From an uncultured Rothia sp. (GTDB taxonomy: Bacteria > Actinomycetota > Actinomycetes > Actinomycetales > Micrococcaceae): a stretch of 64,000 nt of DNA. A program made the translations under genes and the position numbers. Each line of letters opens with the position of its first letter. Position 1 is the stretch's first letter. The notes beneath the pieces are model-generated. The model worked only from the letters and a program-made list of their open reading frames with translations, was not told the DNA's origin and did no database searches. Shown in pieces: positions 28,842 through 38,480 of the stretch. The DNA is taken from NCBI RefSeq assembly GCF_963555405.1, contig NZ_CAUVVO010000010.1, positions 23,213 through 87,212 of the forward strand, given 5' to 3'.

Positions 28842-29412
28842 GAACGCCGTCGACCAGCCGCGTATTGAGGCTGCCGTCCGTGAGATTCTGCTCGCAATCG
28901 GTGAGGACCCGGACCGTGACGGTCTGCAGCAGACCCCGGCACGTGTGGCACGCGCCTACGCGGAGTTCTTCTCGGGCCTGCACCAGGATGCCGGCGAGAT
29001 TCTGGGTACGACCTTCGACATCGCCCACTCTGAGATGGTGCTGGTGAAGGACATCCCGTTCTACTCGACCTGTGAGCACCACCTGGTGCCGTTCCACGGT
29101 GTGGCGCATGTGGGTTACATTCCGGGCCCGGACGGTAAGGTGACCGGTCTGAGCAAGCTCGCCCGCGTGGTGGATCTGTACGCTCGCCGCCCGCAGGTGC
29201 AGGAGCGTCTGACTACGCAGGTGGTGGAGGCTCTGGAGGAGCACCTGAACCCGCGTGGCGCGATTGTGGTGATTGAGGCTGAGCACATGTGCATGTCGAT
29301 GCGCGGTGTGCGTAAGCCGGGCGCGAAGACCGTGACCAGCGCGGTGCGCGGTGCGCTGATGAACGGCGCAACCCGTGCGGAGGCGATGAGCCTGATCTTC
29401 TCGCAGCGCTAA
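28828..29412 (+). CDS. folE: GTP cyclohydrolase I
   Basis: [23 protein letters not shown] and HMCMSMRGV motifs. The start could also be 28816. Confidence 0.9.
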   Translation: MSEVKNAVDQPRIEAAVREILLAIGEDPDRDGLQQTPARVARAYAEFFSGLHQDAGEILGTTFDIAHSEMVLVKDIPFYSTCEHHLVPFHGVAHVGYIPGPDGKVTGLSKLARVVDLYARRPQVQERLTTQVVEALEEHLNPRGAIVVIEAEHMCMSMRGVRKPGAKTVTSAVRGALMNGATRAEAMSLIFSQR

Positions 29413-29442
29413 GCATCGGAATGAGCATATAGCTATGCGACA

Positions 29443-29472
29443 GGGGGCAGGATTCTAAGGAATCCTGCCCCC
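29443..29472 (+). terminator. hairpin after folE
   Basis: gggggcaggattc-taag-gaatcctgccccc, a 13-bp perfect stem. Confidence 0.6.
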
Positions 29473-29662
29473 TGCGCTGTGCCCCTGCGCTGTGTAGCGC
29501 ATTTGTTGGGTAGTATGACGAGTGCCCTTGCGTAAAGGGCATTAGTGATTGTAAAGTTGTTACTACTAGAACCGGCACCACTGCCTGATGAATGATTGAG
29601 AATTCTGAAGGAGTACAGGACCGGTCTTCTTTTTATCTTCAGTAGATTCGGGTCTTGTTACG

Positions 29663-30634
29663 GTGCGGGAAGTTAAAGATTTTAAAAGCTACGGTGAGCA
29701 ACTAGCCATACTCGAAGGGCGAGGGATGGCGATAGAAAATCGTGAAGAAGCGATTGAATCCCTCGCCAAGGTTAATTACTACCGTCTTAGCGGATATTGG
29801 CATGCCCTACGCCAGACTGAGCGTGATGCCTCTGGAGAGACTACCCCGGTTGACCAGTTTAGAGAAGGGGTACGTTTTGACGACGTTGTAGCTCTTTATG
29901 AGTACGACCGGCGTTTGCGTTCTATTGCACTTCCGCATTTATCCCAGCTTGAAGTGTACCTACGAGCTAGGCTGGGGTATTTACTGGGAGAGATTGACCC
30001 GCTAATTCACGAGAAGGAAAATCTACTAGATGTAGCTCCTGCAAGGAGAGAAATCTGGAATAAGTTTGTTCGGATTTGTGGTGACTCTCTTCAGCGTTCT
30101 AAGGAAGATTTCGCTGTACATCACATAGAACAATACGATGGTAAAGTCCCTGTTTGGGTGCTGGTAGAGGTTCTAGATTTGGGAGCCTTACAGACTCTAT
30201 ATATGATTTCTCCGCGACGAGTTCGCCGTCAGATAGCGCAGGATATGAACTGTACCGATCCGCAGCTTGGAAGCTGGATACGTTCGTTGAGAGGGATTCG
30301 GAATATCTGCGCACATCAGGCACGACTGTATAACAGGGTGCATTCCAAAGTTCTTCTACCGAGGGCAACATCCGGTAGAAGAGTTGAGAGCCCTGAAATC
30401 CGTGAGGTTATTGACCTATTCGGGGTTCCTCAACGTGAAGAGAACCATAAAATGCGTAAGACTTTCGGAATGCTCACTCTCCTCAAATATCTGATGGATC
30501 AGGGTGGAATTGGGGATACGGAATCTCTGACGCAGATTCTGAAGGAACGTCCTAATATTTCCGTTCCTGGAGTTGATGTACCGCGGGCTATGGGCATACC
30601 CCAAGGTTGGGAAGAAACCCGTTTGTGGAGCTAA
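29663..30634 (+). CDS. Abi_2 (AbiD/AbiF-like) abortive-infection family protein
   Basis: YGEQLAILEGRGMAIENREEAIESLAKVNYYRLSGYW plus RNICAHQARLYN is the classic Abi_2 pattern. GTG start. AT-richer than its neighbours. Confidence 0.75.
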   Translation: MREVKDFKSYGEQLAILEGRGMAIENREEAIESLAKVNYYRLSGYWHALRQTERDASGETTPVDQFREGVRFDDVVALYEYDRRLRSIALPHLSQLEVYLRARLGYLLGEIDPLIHEKENLLDVAPARREIWNKFVRICGDSLQRSKEDFAVHHIEQYDGKVPVWVLVEVLDLGALQTLYMISPRRVRRQIAQDMNCTDPQLGSWIRSLRGIRNICAHQARLYNRVHSKVLLPRATSGRRVESPEIREVIDLFGVPQREENHKMRKTFGMLTLLKYLMDQGGIGDTESLTQILKERPNISVPGVDVPRAMGIPQGWEETRLWS

Positions 30635-30659
30635 AATCTCACAGATTATAGACACGCTG

Positions 30660-30692
30660 AAAGGGGCGGAGGTGAAAACCTCCGCCCCTTTT
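30660..30692 (+). terminator. rho-independent terminator after the Abi gene
   Basis: aaaggggcggaggt-gaaa-acctccgcccctttt. Confidence 0.8.
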
Positions 30693-30795
30693 AGCATCGC
30701 CAAAGTGCTCCGAGAGTGTGTTCTGAGCCGGATCCCTTCTGCGGCTGTGGCGGCGCCGATAACGCCGTACCGCAGAAGCTAGAAGAGCCCCACCA

Positions 30796-31002
30796 CTAAC
30801 GCTGCAGGCGGCCCTTCGCCTCACTCGGATCATCCCAACCCAGGGCAAGCGTCACGATCAAGCCCACGGCAATAAAGCCGCAACCGGTTGCGGTGCCGAA
30901 AGCAATCCAGCGGACCGCGGGGGCGCCTTCAGCAAGCACAATGGTCACAAGCGCAGCAAGAGCCACCAGGGACAGAATCCAAGCGCCGGTCTTCATATTC
31001 AC
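30796..31002 (-). CDS. small two-TM membrane protein (hypothetical)
   Basis: 68 aa with two hydrophobic helices. AGGAAG lies upstream of the GTG start. Could be spurious. Confidence 0.4.
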   Translation of the reverse strand: MNMKTGAWILSLVALAALVTIVLAEGAPAVRWIAFGTATGCGFIAVGLIVTLALGWDDPSEAKGRLQR

Positions 31003-31159
31003 GATGAGTCACTTCCTAGAGTATGTATGTGTATGAGGTGCCCAACCCACACCGCTGTGACGCAGGCAGAGCATACCCTCCCAGGATACCCCTAAATCGG
31101 TATGCCATATGCAAATATGGCGCGCTGTGTCATCCGGCAGATTCGGTACGATTAAAACC

Positions 31160-32110
31160 ATGACCGAATCCACCCGTGTAGCCCCCCTGCCCTGCGACGC
31201 GCTCGCCGCCGAACGCACCCTCGTCATGGGCATCCTCAACGTCACCCCCGACTCCTTCAGCGACGGCGGCCAGCACTATGCCGCCACCGACGCCATCGCC
31301 CGCGCCGCCCGCATGATCGCCGAGGGCGCCTCCATTATCGACATTGGCGGTGAGTCCACCGGCCCCGGTGCCGTGCGCATCAGCGTGGAGGAGGAGCAGC
31401 GCCGCATCCTGCCCGTCATCGAGGCAGTCGCCCAGATGGGCACCACCATCAGCGTGGACACCATGAACCCGAAGACCGCCCGCGCCGCCATCGCCGCCGG
31501 TGCGCACATCATCAACGATGTGTCCGGTCTGAACGTGAGCGATGAAATGATTGAAACCGCCGCCGAACTGCAGGTGCCGTACATTCTCATGCACGCCCGC
31601 GGCACCTCCCAGACCATGGACAGCCTGGCGGAGTACCCGCGCGGCGTGGTCACCGAGGTTGTGGAGGAGCTGACCGGCCTACGCGAGCGCCTGCTGGCCG
31701 CCGGCGTACTGCCGCAGAACCTGATTCTTGACCCCGGCCTGGGCTTCGCCAAGGGTGGCGTGCAGGATTGGGAGCTGCTCGCCGCCATTGATGAGCTACA
31801 GGGCCTGGGGCACCGCCTGCTCATTGCCGGCTCCCGCAAGCGTTTTATTGCCAACGCCCTGACCGCGGCGGATATGGCGCTGGGTGAGCGCCTGAACGCG
31901 AGCGGCTTCACCGCAACCGAGGCGGGCGAGGCAGAACGCGAGCTGTGGCAGTCGCTGTCAGAACCGCGCCCGGCTCAGCACCGTGCGGCAGCTTCGGCGG
32001 CGGTGACCGCCCTGGTGGCGGCGCGCGGCGTGTGGGCGGTGCGCGTGCACGACGTACCCGCCAGCGTGGATGCGGTGACGGTCGCCTCCGCGCTGCGTTC
32101 TGTCAGTTAA
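31160..32110 (+). CDS. folP: dihydropteroate synthase
   Basis: VMGILNVTPDSFSDGG, IIDIGGEST, INDVSG and DPGLGFAK motifs. Met at 31160 preferred over the track start 31109. Confidence 0.9.
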   Translation: MTESTRVAPLPCDALAAERTLVMGILNVTPDSFSDGGQHYAATDAIARAARMIAEGASIIDIGGESTGPGAVRISVEEEQRRILPVIEAVAQMGTTISVDTMNPKTARAAIAAGAHIINDVSGLNVSDEMIETAAELQVPYILMHARGTSQTMDSLAEYPRGVVTEVVEELTGLRERLLAAGVLPQNLILDPGLGFAKGGVQDWELLAAIDELQGLGHRLLIAGSRKRFIANALTAADMALGERLNASGFTATEAGEAERELWQSLSEPRPAQHRAAASAAVTALVAARGVWAVRVHDVPASVDAVTVASALRSVS

Positions 32111-32182
32111 GGTTCTGTCAGCTAGAACCACCAACCCCGCCCGCAACCGCCAACTACCCGAATACTTTCTAGGAGACCCCCA

Positions 32183-32596
32183 ATGACCCAGGCAGACTAC
32201 GCACGCCACGACCGCATCACCCTCACCGGCATTACCGCCAGGGGCTACCACGGCGTGCTCGACTTTGAGAAGCGCGACGGCCAGCCCTTCGTCGTGGACG
32301 CGACCCTGTACAGCGATTTTTCCGCCGCGGCCGCTACTGATGACCTGACGAAGACCACGAACTACGCGCTTGTGGTGGACCTGATTCACCGCCACGTGAC
32401 GAACGGTTCGCTGGACCTGATTGAGACCCTTGCCGTGAATATTGCCGAGGGCATTCTCGCCATGTTTGAGCTGGTGGAGGCGGTGGAGATTACCGTGTCG
32501 AAGCCGCAGGCGCCGATTGAGCTGCCGTTCGGTAACGTTGCGGTGAGCGTGTTCCGCGAGCGTGTTACTGAGCGTACCGCTGAGGACGGCCGCTAG
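32183..32596 (+). CDS. folB: dihydroneopterin aldolase
   Basis: DRITLTGITARGYHGVLDFEKRDGQPFVVD is typical of FolB. Confidence 0.85.
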   Translation: MTQADYARHDRITLTGITARGYHGVLDFEKRDGQPFVVDATLYSDFSAAAATDDLTKTTNYALVVDLIHRHVTNGSLDLIETLAVNIAEGILAMFELVEAVEITVSKPQAPIELPFGNVAVSVFRERVTERTAEDGR

Positions 32597-33192
32597 TGGC
32601 GGGTACGGCAGAATATGCGCACCGCGCGGTGTTGGCGTTGGGCTCGAACCTGGGCGAAAGCGAAGACACCCTGGAGCGCGCCGTCGCCGACCTGGTGGCC
32701 GGTGGCGTGCAACTGGTGCGCGCCTCCGGGTTGTACCGTACCGCCCCGGTGGGTGGCCCGGCGGGTCAGCCGGATTTCGTGAACGCGGTCATTGAGGTGA
32801 CCACTGACCTGGGCGCCTACGAACTGCTGAAACTGTGTAATGCGGTGGAGGCGGCGCATCACCGTGAGCGCCTGGTGCGTTGGGGCCCGCGCACCCTCGA
32901 TATTGACGTGATTGACTATGACGGCGTGATCTCTGAGGATCCGGTGCTGACTTTGCCGCATCCGCGGGCGCAGGAGCGTGCTTTTGTGCTGGTGCCGTGG
33001 GCGCAGATGGACCCGCAGGCGTACCTGACGGTGACCCGGCGTGCGGAGCCTTCGGGGGAGCGGCCGGATGAGGTTCCTGCGCCGCTGAGCCGCGAGGTCG
33101 TGAACGTTGCGGAGCTGTCCCGCACGCTGGTTGGGGCGGATGAAGACGCTATCAGCTATATGCGTGAGATGAAGGTACCTGATCAGCCTTAA
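32596..33192 (+). CDS. folK: 2-amino-4-hydroxy-6-hydroxymethyldihydropteridine diphosphokinase
   Basis: AVLALGSNLG, RWGPRTLDIDVI and LTLPHPRAQERAFVLVPW motifs. The GTG start overlaps the folB stop by 1 nt. Confidence 0.9.
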   Translation: MAGTAEYAHRAVLALGSNLGESEDTLERAVADLVAGGVQLVRASGLYRTAPVGGPAGQPDFVNAVIEVTTDLGAYELLKLCNAVEAAHHRERLVRWGPRTLDIDVIDYDGVISEDPVLTLPHPRAQERAFVLVPWAQMDPQAYLTVTRRAEPSGERPDEVPAPLSREVVNVAELSRTLVGADEDAISYMREMKVPDQP

Positions 33193-33237
33193 ATGTGGCA
33201 CTCTGGAAGGTAGAAGAACCTACCGAAAGGAAACACC

Positions 33238-33756
33238 ATGAAGCCCCTGAGTTATCGGGCGATTATTGTGGCGGCTGTGTGCGGTGCCGCTGCCGCTCTT
33301 ATGGTGAATTCCGTGATGATTGGCGCCGGTTTTGGTGAGCTGAATTTTTCGTGGATGCTCGGCGCGGTGTGCCTGCTGGTTGCGGCGGGTGCCGTGTGGC
33401 TGGGTGTGCAGGTGGCTCGTTATCGTCGTATTCAGACGCGTGAGAAGGTGCCGCATATGGGCCCGATTCTTGCGGCGCGTGCGGTGGCGTATGCGCAGGG
33501 TTCCATCATGACCGGTGCCCTGTTGACGGGCTGGTGCGCTGCGATTCTTGGCTACCATCTGGCGATGGTGTCGACGCGCGGTTTTTCGGTGCTCTTTTGG
33601 GAGGTTCTCGTTAATTGTGTGGGCAGTGTTGCCCTGCTGATTGCTGGCCTGTGGGCTCAGCATTGTTGTCGTATTCCGCCGGAGGATGATGAGGATGCGG
33701 CCTCCTCTTCCGGTGCTGTCAAGCCGCGAGAGGGAGGAACCTATGTCGGCTCCTAA
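33238..33756 (+). CDS. DUF3180-like membrane protein
   Basis: Four hydrophobic segments. Its position after folK is conserved in actinobacteria. Confidence 0.6.
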   Translation: MKPLSYRAIIVAAVCGAAAALMVNSVMIGAGFGELNFSWMLGAVCLLVAAGAVWLGVQVARYRRIQTREKVPHMGPILAARAVAYAQGSIMTGALLTGWCAAILGYHLAMVSTRGFSVLFWEVLVNCVGSVALLIAGLWAQHCCRIPPEDDEDAASSSGAVKPREGGTYVGS

Positions 33757-34492
33757 CCAGAATAGTTATTCGCCGAATGGCCAGTACGGGCAGGACGCCC
33801 AACAGGGTCAGTATGGTCAGTACGGCCAGGGTCAGCCTGCTCAGCAGAACCAGTACGGGCAGCACCAGCAGGCGGCTTACGGTCAGCCTGGTGCCCAGTA
33901 TGACCAGCAGGCGCAGTATGGACAGCAGGTTCCGCCCGCTGCCGCGTACCCGAACGCGCCGCAGCCAGTGTCTTCTCAGCCGGTTTCCGCGCAAGCCGTG
34001 CCGGAGCCGCAGTGGGTGCCCGCCGCCTCCGGCTACCTGACGGTTCGTTTTGTTCACACTATTTCTGCCCTGGCGTTCCCGATTCTTGCGGGTGTTGCCC
34101 TGTATTGTGCGGGTGCGTTCTTCGGCGGCCCGGAGGCGCTACGCATCGTCGGTCTGGTGGTGGTCGCGGTGTTTGGCCTGTGGGGTCTGTGGTGGATTCT
34201 GACCACGCCGCGCCGTACTCGCGCGCTCGGCTACGCGCTGGAGTCGAATCATCTAATGGCTCGCCGCGGTATCGTGTTCCGTTCGATGAGCTCCATGCCG
34301 TACGGTCGCATCCAGTATGTTGATGTGGATTCGGGTCCGCTGGAGCGCATGTGCGGTGTTGCCCGCCTGACGGTGCGCACGGCGGGTACGACCACCGGCA
34401 CGATGGTGCTGTTCGGTATTCCGCTGAACGTGGCGGAGGAGTTGCGCGCGGATCTGGTGCGCCGCGCCGATGAGCGAATGGCGGCACTCTAA
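33743..34492 (+). CDS. PH-domain (bPH_2, YdbS-like) membrane protein with Q/Y/G-rich N-terminal tail
   Basis: RRGIVFRSMSSMPYGRIQYVDVDSGPLERMCGVARLTVRTAG is a bPH_2 motif. Two TM helices precede it. Confidence 0.7.
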   Translation: MSAPNQNSYSPNGQYGQDAQQGQYGQYGQGQPAQQNQYGQHQQAAYGQPGAQYDQQAQYGQQVPPAAAYPNAPQPVSSQPVSAQAVPEPQWVPAASGYLTVRFVHTISALAFPILAGVALYCAGAFFGGPEALRIVGLVVVAVFGLWGLWWILTTPRRTRALGYALESNHLMARRGIVFRSMSSMPYGRIQYVDVDSGPLERMCGVARLTVRTAGTTTGTMVLFGIPLNVAEELRADLVRRADERMAAL

Positions 34493-36393
34493 TGAGTACC
34501 CCGAATCCGGTCAACCCCGCGCCGCAGGCACCGCAGCCTCCTGCCTCCCAGATGCCGCAGGAGCAGAAGTGGTGGCGTGCCGATATCCGCACGTTCATCA
34601 TGAACCTCTGGTTCATTATTCTGCTGGCGTTCGGCTTCTTCCAGAGCATCATCCTGAATATTCTGACCACCCCGCCGAACGAGTGGGGCGCGCGCCTGAC
34701 GCAGGCATTCGACGAGAACAGCAGCTATTTCAGCGCGACGTACTCGCAGCTCATCGGCTTCGGCGTGCTCCTGCTGATTCTGGTTGGCGGCTCGATTGAT
34801 TGGTGGTTTACCCGCTACAGCCTGGACGATTTGGCGATTCACCGCCGTAGCGGTTTTCTGTTCAAGAAGAACCGCACGATCCGTCTGGAGAGCGTGCAGA
34901 GCGTGGACATTTCGCGTCCTCTGGTGGCGCGTCTGCTGGGTCTGTCAGAGCTTCGTTTTGAGGTGGCTGACGGCTCTTCGGAGGCGCTGCACATCAAGTA
35001 CGTTTCTGCCCGCAAGGCGGAGGTTCTGCGCCGCACCGCGATGGCGAGTATCAACCTGCTGCGTTCGGAGGCTGCTGGTCGCCCGGTCGATGTGCTGCCC
35101 GACAGCATGCAGATTTCGGCGGAGCGCATGCCGGATGCGGATCAGCTGCACCAGCCGTTTGAGGCATCTTACGAGGCGTCCTATGGTGCGCCTCTGCAGG
35201 ACGGTACCGTACAGGACGGCACTCAGCTGGTGGCGCCTCAGCAGGGCGCCCAGCAGCTCGCACCCGGCCAGTTCGCACCCGAGCAGTCTGCACCCCAGCG
35301 CCCCGGTACTCAGCAGCCCGTTGCATCCCGCCGTGGCGCTCGCATGCCGATGCCGGTCGCGGCTGACCCCTCGCAGCCGCCGATTTTCCGTATCTCGAAT
35401 GTGCGTCTGGTTGCCTCCATCATGCTGGAGCATCTGGTGTGGCTGGTGCCCGTCGTGAGCCTCATGCTGGGTGCGGCCGTCTTCGCTGCGGTGATAAGCG
35501 GCGAGAACCCGTTCCTGATTTTCATGGCGTTGCTACCCGGCACCTTCGTACCGCTGCTCGGTTACTTGGGTACGTTGTGGGCACGTTTTGATGGTGCCGC
35601 GAACTTCAAAATCACCCCGAGCGGTCAGGGCGGGGTGACCCTGCGGTACGGTTTCACCGGCACTCACACTCAGAACGTGATGGTTGAGCGTATTCAGGCG
35701 CTGGCGGTGGAGCAGTCCATTCTGTGGCGTGTGTTCGGCTGGTACCGCATCAAGATGACCATTGCCGGTATTGGTGTTGAGCAGAACGACAACCAGAAGC
35801 TGGTGACCCGCAATGTTGCCCTGCCGGTTGGTAACAGGCAGGAGACGCTGATGGCGCTGCGTCTGCTGCTGCCCGCCCTGGATGAGGTGCAGGCGCAGGT
35901 GCTGCTGGATACCGCCGACGGTTCGCTGAAGAGTCAGCAGCCGCAGGTTCCGGCAATGATTGTGACGCCCTCGTCGGCGCGATGGATGGACCTGCTCACC
36001 TGGAAGCGTAACGGCGTGACCACGGTCGGTTACACTGCCGGTTCGGTGCAGGCGACCACCCGCATTGATTCGGATGCCGCGCGGGCGAGCGTTGGCGAGC
36101 ATACGCAGGGCGACCTGCTGCTGATTCGTGGCGGCTACTTTATCCGCACGCTGTCGATTGTGCCGGTCAGCCGTGTGCTGAGCGTGAGCTGGGGCCAGGG
36201 CCCGTTGCAGCGTGCCTTCGGATGCGCGAGCGTGCATTTCGGTACGGTACCCGGCCCGGTGCGCACCCTCATGATGCACCTGCCGCCGCGTGTCTGTGAG
36301 GACTTGGTGTGGCTGATGACGGTTCGCCTGGAGGGTATTGAGCCCTACTACCGCGTACCTGAGTCGGTACTGAGCGGGCGCCCCCTCAGCTAA
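34492..36393 (+). CDS. PH-domain (YdbT-like, multiple bPH_2) membrane protein
   Basis: HRRSGFLFKKNRTIRLESVQSVDISRPLVARLLGLSELRFEVA and later repeats of the same pattern. TAATG overlap with the upstream gene. Confidence 0.7.
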   Translation: MSTPNPVNPAPQAPQPPASQMPQEQKWWRADIRTFIMNLWFIILLAFGFFQSIILNILTTPPNEWGARLTQAFDENSSYFSATYSQLIGFGVLLLILVGGSIDWWFTRYSLDDLAIHRRSGFLFKKNRTIRLESVQSVDISRPLVARLLGLSELRFEVADGSSEALHIKYVSARKAEVLRRTAMASINLLRSEAAGRPVDVLPDSMQISAERMPDADQLHQPFEASYEASYGAPLQDGTVQDGTQLVAPQQGAQQLAPGQFAPEQSAPQRPGTQQPVASRRGARMPMPVAADPSQPPIFRISNVRLVASIMLEHLVWLVPVVSLMLGAAVFAAVISGENPFLIFMALLPGTFVPLLGYLGTLWARFDGAANFKITPSGQGGVTLRYGFTGTHTQNVMVERIQALAVEQSILWRVFGWYRIKMTIAGIGVEQNDNQKLVTRNVALPVGNRQETLMALRLLLPALDEVQAQVLLDTADGSLKSQQPQVPAMIVTPSSARWMDLLTWKRNGVTTVGYTAGSVQATTRIDSDAARASVGEHTQGDLLLIRGGYFIRTLSIVPVSRVLSVSWGQGPLQRAFGCASVHFGTVPGPVRTLMMHLPPRVCEDLVWLMTVRLEGIEPYYRVPESVLSGRPLS

Positions 36394-36521
36394 CCTGCCA
36401 GCTCAGCTAACCCGCCAGCTCAGCCAGACAACTAGCAAAACTGCAGAACGCATCCTGCCGTCGGTGCTCTTCGTGACACCGGCGGCAGGGCCTGCGTGAA
36501 AGGGAGAATATACTTAAAGCC

Positions 36522-37484
36522 GTGATACAGCATTCAAAACCTGCGCGTTTGGGTATTGGAATTATTTCCGCCGGGAGGGTTGGCGCCGTCCTCGGCGCGG
36601 CTTTGCGCGCCTGCGAGCACACTATTGTGGGTGTTCACGCGGTGTCTGAGGCTTCTCAGGAGCGCGCCGCGATGCTGCTTCCCGATGTGCCGCTGCTGTC
36701 GGTGGAGCAGATTGCCGAACGTAGTGAATTGCTGATTCTTGCGGTTCCCGATGATGAGCTGCCGGGTCTGATCACCTACCTGGCCTCCTCGGGAAGTATT
36801 ACCGCCGGTCAGATTCTGGTGCACACCTCCGGCCGCCACGGCACCGAGGTTCTCGCACCGGCGACCGCGCTGGGCGCTATCGGTTTGGCGATTCACCCCG
36901 CCATGACCTTCACCGGCATGTCCGTGGACCTGCAGCGCCTGAACGGCACCTGCTTCGCCGTGACTGGTCCGGCGCCTTTCATCCCGATTGCGCAGGCACT
37001 CGTGGTGGAGATGGGCGGCGAACCCGTGCACGTTGCTGAGGCGGACCGGGCGCTCTACCACGCAGCCCTGGCGCACGCCGCGAACCACCTCGTGACCATC
37101 CTGGGTCAGTCCCAGCAGATGCTTGCCTCCATCGGTATTGAGGACCCGGCACGCTACATGGGGCCGCTCGTTCGAGCCGCCGTGGACAATGCGCTCGCCA
37201 GCGGTGAGGGGGCTCTGACCGGGCCCGTGGCACGCGGAGATTCCGGTACCGTGAAGGCTCATCTGCATGCTCTGAAAGAGTACTCAGAGCATGAGAAAAC
37301 AGGTGATATTACAGACTCTTATGCCGCTCTGGCACACGCAACCGCAAAAAGAGCGCATAATAGAGGTTTGTTAAACGATGAACAACTGGGACGAATTGAG
37401 GATCTGCTGGGTGAGTCTTCGGACCGCAACCACCCCGGCGATATTGATGATTCAGCCCCCGAAAACAAGGAGTTCTCGTCATGA
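36522..37484 (+). CDS. Rossmann-like + DUF2520 domain protein (putative oxidoreductase)
   Basis: GIGIISAGRVGAVLG dinucleotide fold and a C-terminal LTGPVARGD motif. Conserved upstream of panC in actinobacteria. Confidence 0.7.
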   Translation: MIQHSKPARLGIGIISAGRVGAVLGAALRACEHTIVGVHAVSEASQERAAMLLPDVPLLSVEQIAERSELLILAVPDDELPGLITYLASSGSITAGQILVHTSGRHGTEVLAPATALGAIGLAIHPAMTFTGMSVDLQRLNGTCFAVTGPAPFIPIAQALVVEMGGEPVHVAEADRALYHAALAHAANHLVTILGQSQQMLASIGIEDPARYMGPLVRAAVDNALASGEGALTGPVARGDSGTVKAHLHALKEYSEHEKTGDITDSYAALAHATAKRAHNRGLLNDEQLGRIEDLLGESSDRNHPGDIDDSAPENKEFSS

Positions 37485-38428
37485 CTGAGACTTCGAAGCC
37501 CCGAGTCGTGACCACCATTGCGGAGTTCCGCACGGCAATCACCGAATCTCTTGCCGCAGCGCAGGAGGAACTGGACCGGGCAGCCCGCCAGGAGGCGGAG
37601 CAGAACGGCACCGCAGTTCAGTACCAGAACGCATCCCTGGGCTACGTGCCCACCATGGGCGCCCTGCACGACGGCCACGCAACCCTGTTGCGTCGCGCCG
37701 CTGAACAGAATGATGTAGTGGTCGCCTCCATTTTCGTGAACCCGCTGCAGTTTGGCCCCGGCGAGGATTACGAGGCGTACCCGCGCACCCTGGAGGCTGA
37801 CGCTGCCCTGGCTGGTGCCGCCGGCGTGAGCGTCATTTTCGCCCCCTCGGTGGAGGAAATGTACCCCGACGGTGACCCGCTGATTCGCATTTCGAGCGGC
37901 GAGCTGGGCACCAAGTTTGAGGGTGCGACCCGCCCCGGCCACTTTGACGGTGTGCTGACCGTGGTGAATAAGTTCTTCAACATTATTCGCCCCGCTGCGG
38001 GTAACCACCCGGTGAATGCGTACTTCGGTCAGAAGGACGCTCAGCAGTACATCCTGATCCAGCGTATGGTTCACGACTTTAACCACGACGTGACCATGCG
38101 TCCGGTGGCGATTGTGCGCGACGATAATGGCCTGGCGCTGTCTTCGCGTAACGGCTACCTGTCGGATGAGGAGCGCGAGTCTGCCCTGGTGCTGTCCCGC
38201 ACCCTGGCGATGCTGCGTGAGAATTCGCTGAACCGTGGCTTCCACGAGATTGATTTGGAGGGTGCGCGTGAGCGTATCAACTCCACTCCGGGTGTGCGCC
38301 TTGACTACCTGGAACTGGTCGACCCGATGACTTTCGGTGAGCCGACTGAGGAGTCGGAGCGAGTGCTGGCACTGGTTGCCGCGTTCGTTGGCCCGACCCG
38401 CCTGATTGACAACATGGACCTGCGCTAA
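37481..38428 (+). CDS. panC: pantoate--beta-alanine ligase
   Basis: VPTMGALHDGHATLL, SIFVNPLQFGPGED and YFGQKDAQQ motifs. Confidence 0.9.
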   Translation: MTETSKPRVVTTIAEFRTAITESLAAAQEELDRAARQEAEQNGTAVQYQNASLGYVPTMGALHDGHATLLRRAAEQNDVVVASIFVNPLQFGPGEDYEAYPRTLEADAALAGAAGVSVIFAPSVEEMYPDGDPLIRISSGELGTKFEGATRPGHFDGVLTVVNKFFNIIRPAAGNHPVNAYFGQKDAQQYILIQRMVHDFNHDVTMRPVAIVRDDNGLALSSRNGYLSDEERESALVLSRTLAMLRENSLNRGFHEIDLEGARERINSTPGVRLDYLELVDPMTFGEPTEESERVLALVAAFVGPTRLIDNMDLR

Positions 38429-38480
38429 GCGTTTGCGCGTTTAGAAGAGTCCCCAACACACTACACAGATAGGTATCACT

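Noticed and set aside
29471-29494. cctgcgctgtg tandem duplication just after the folE hairpin, considered as a possible target-site duplication of the Abi insertion.
   Set aside because: The two copies are adjacent rather than flanking the inserted segment. I saw no matching copy near 30.7-31.1 kb.
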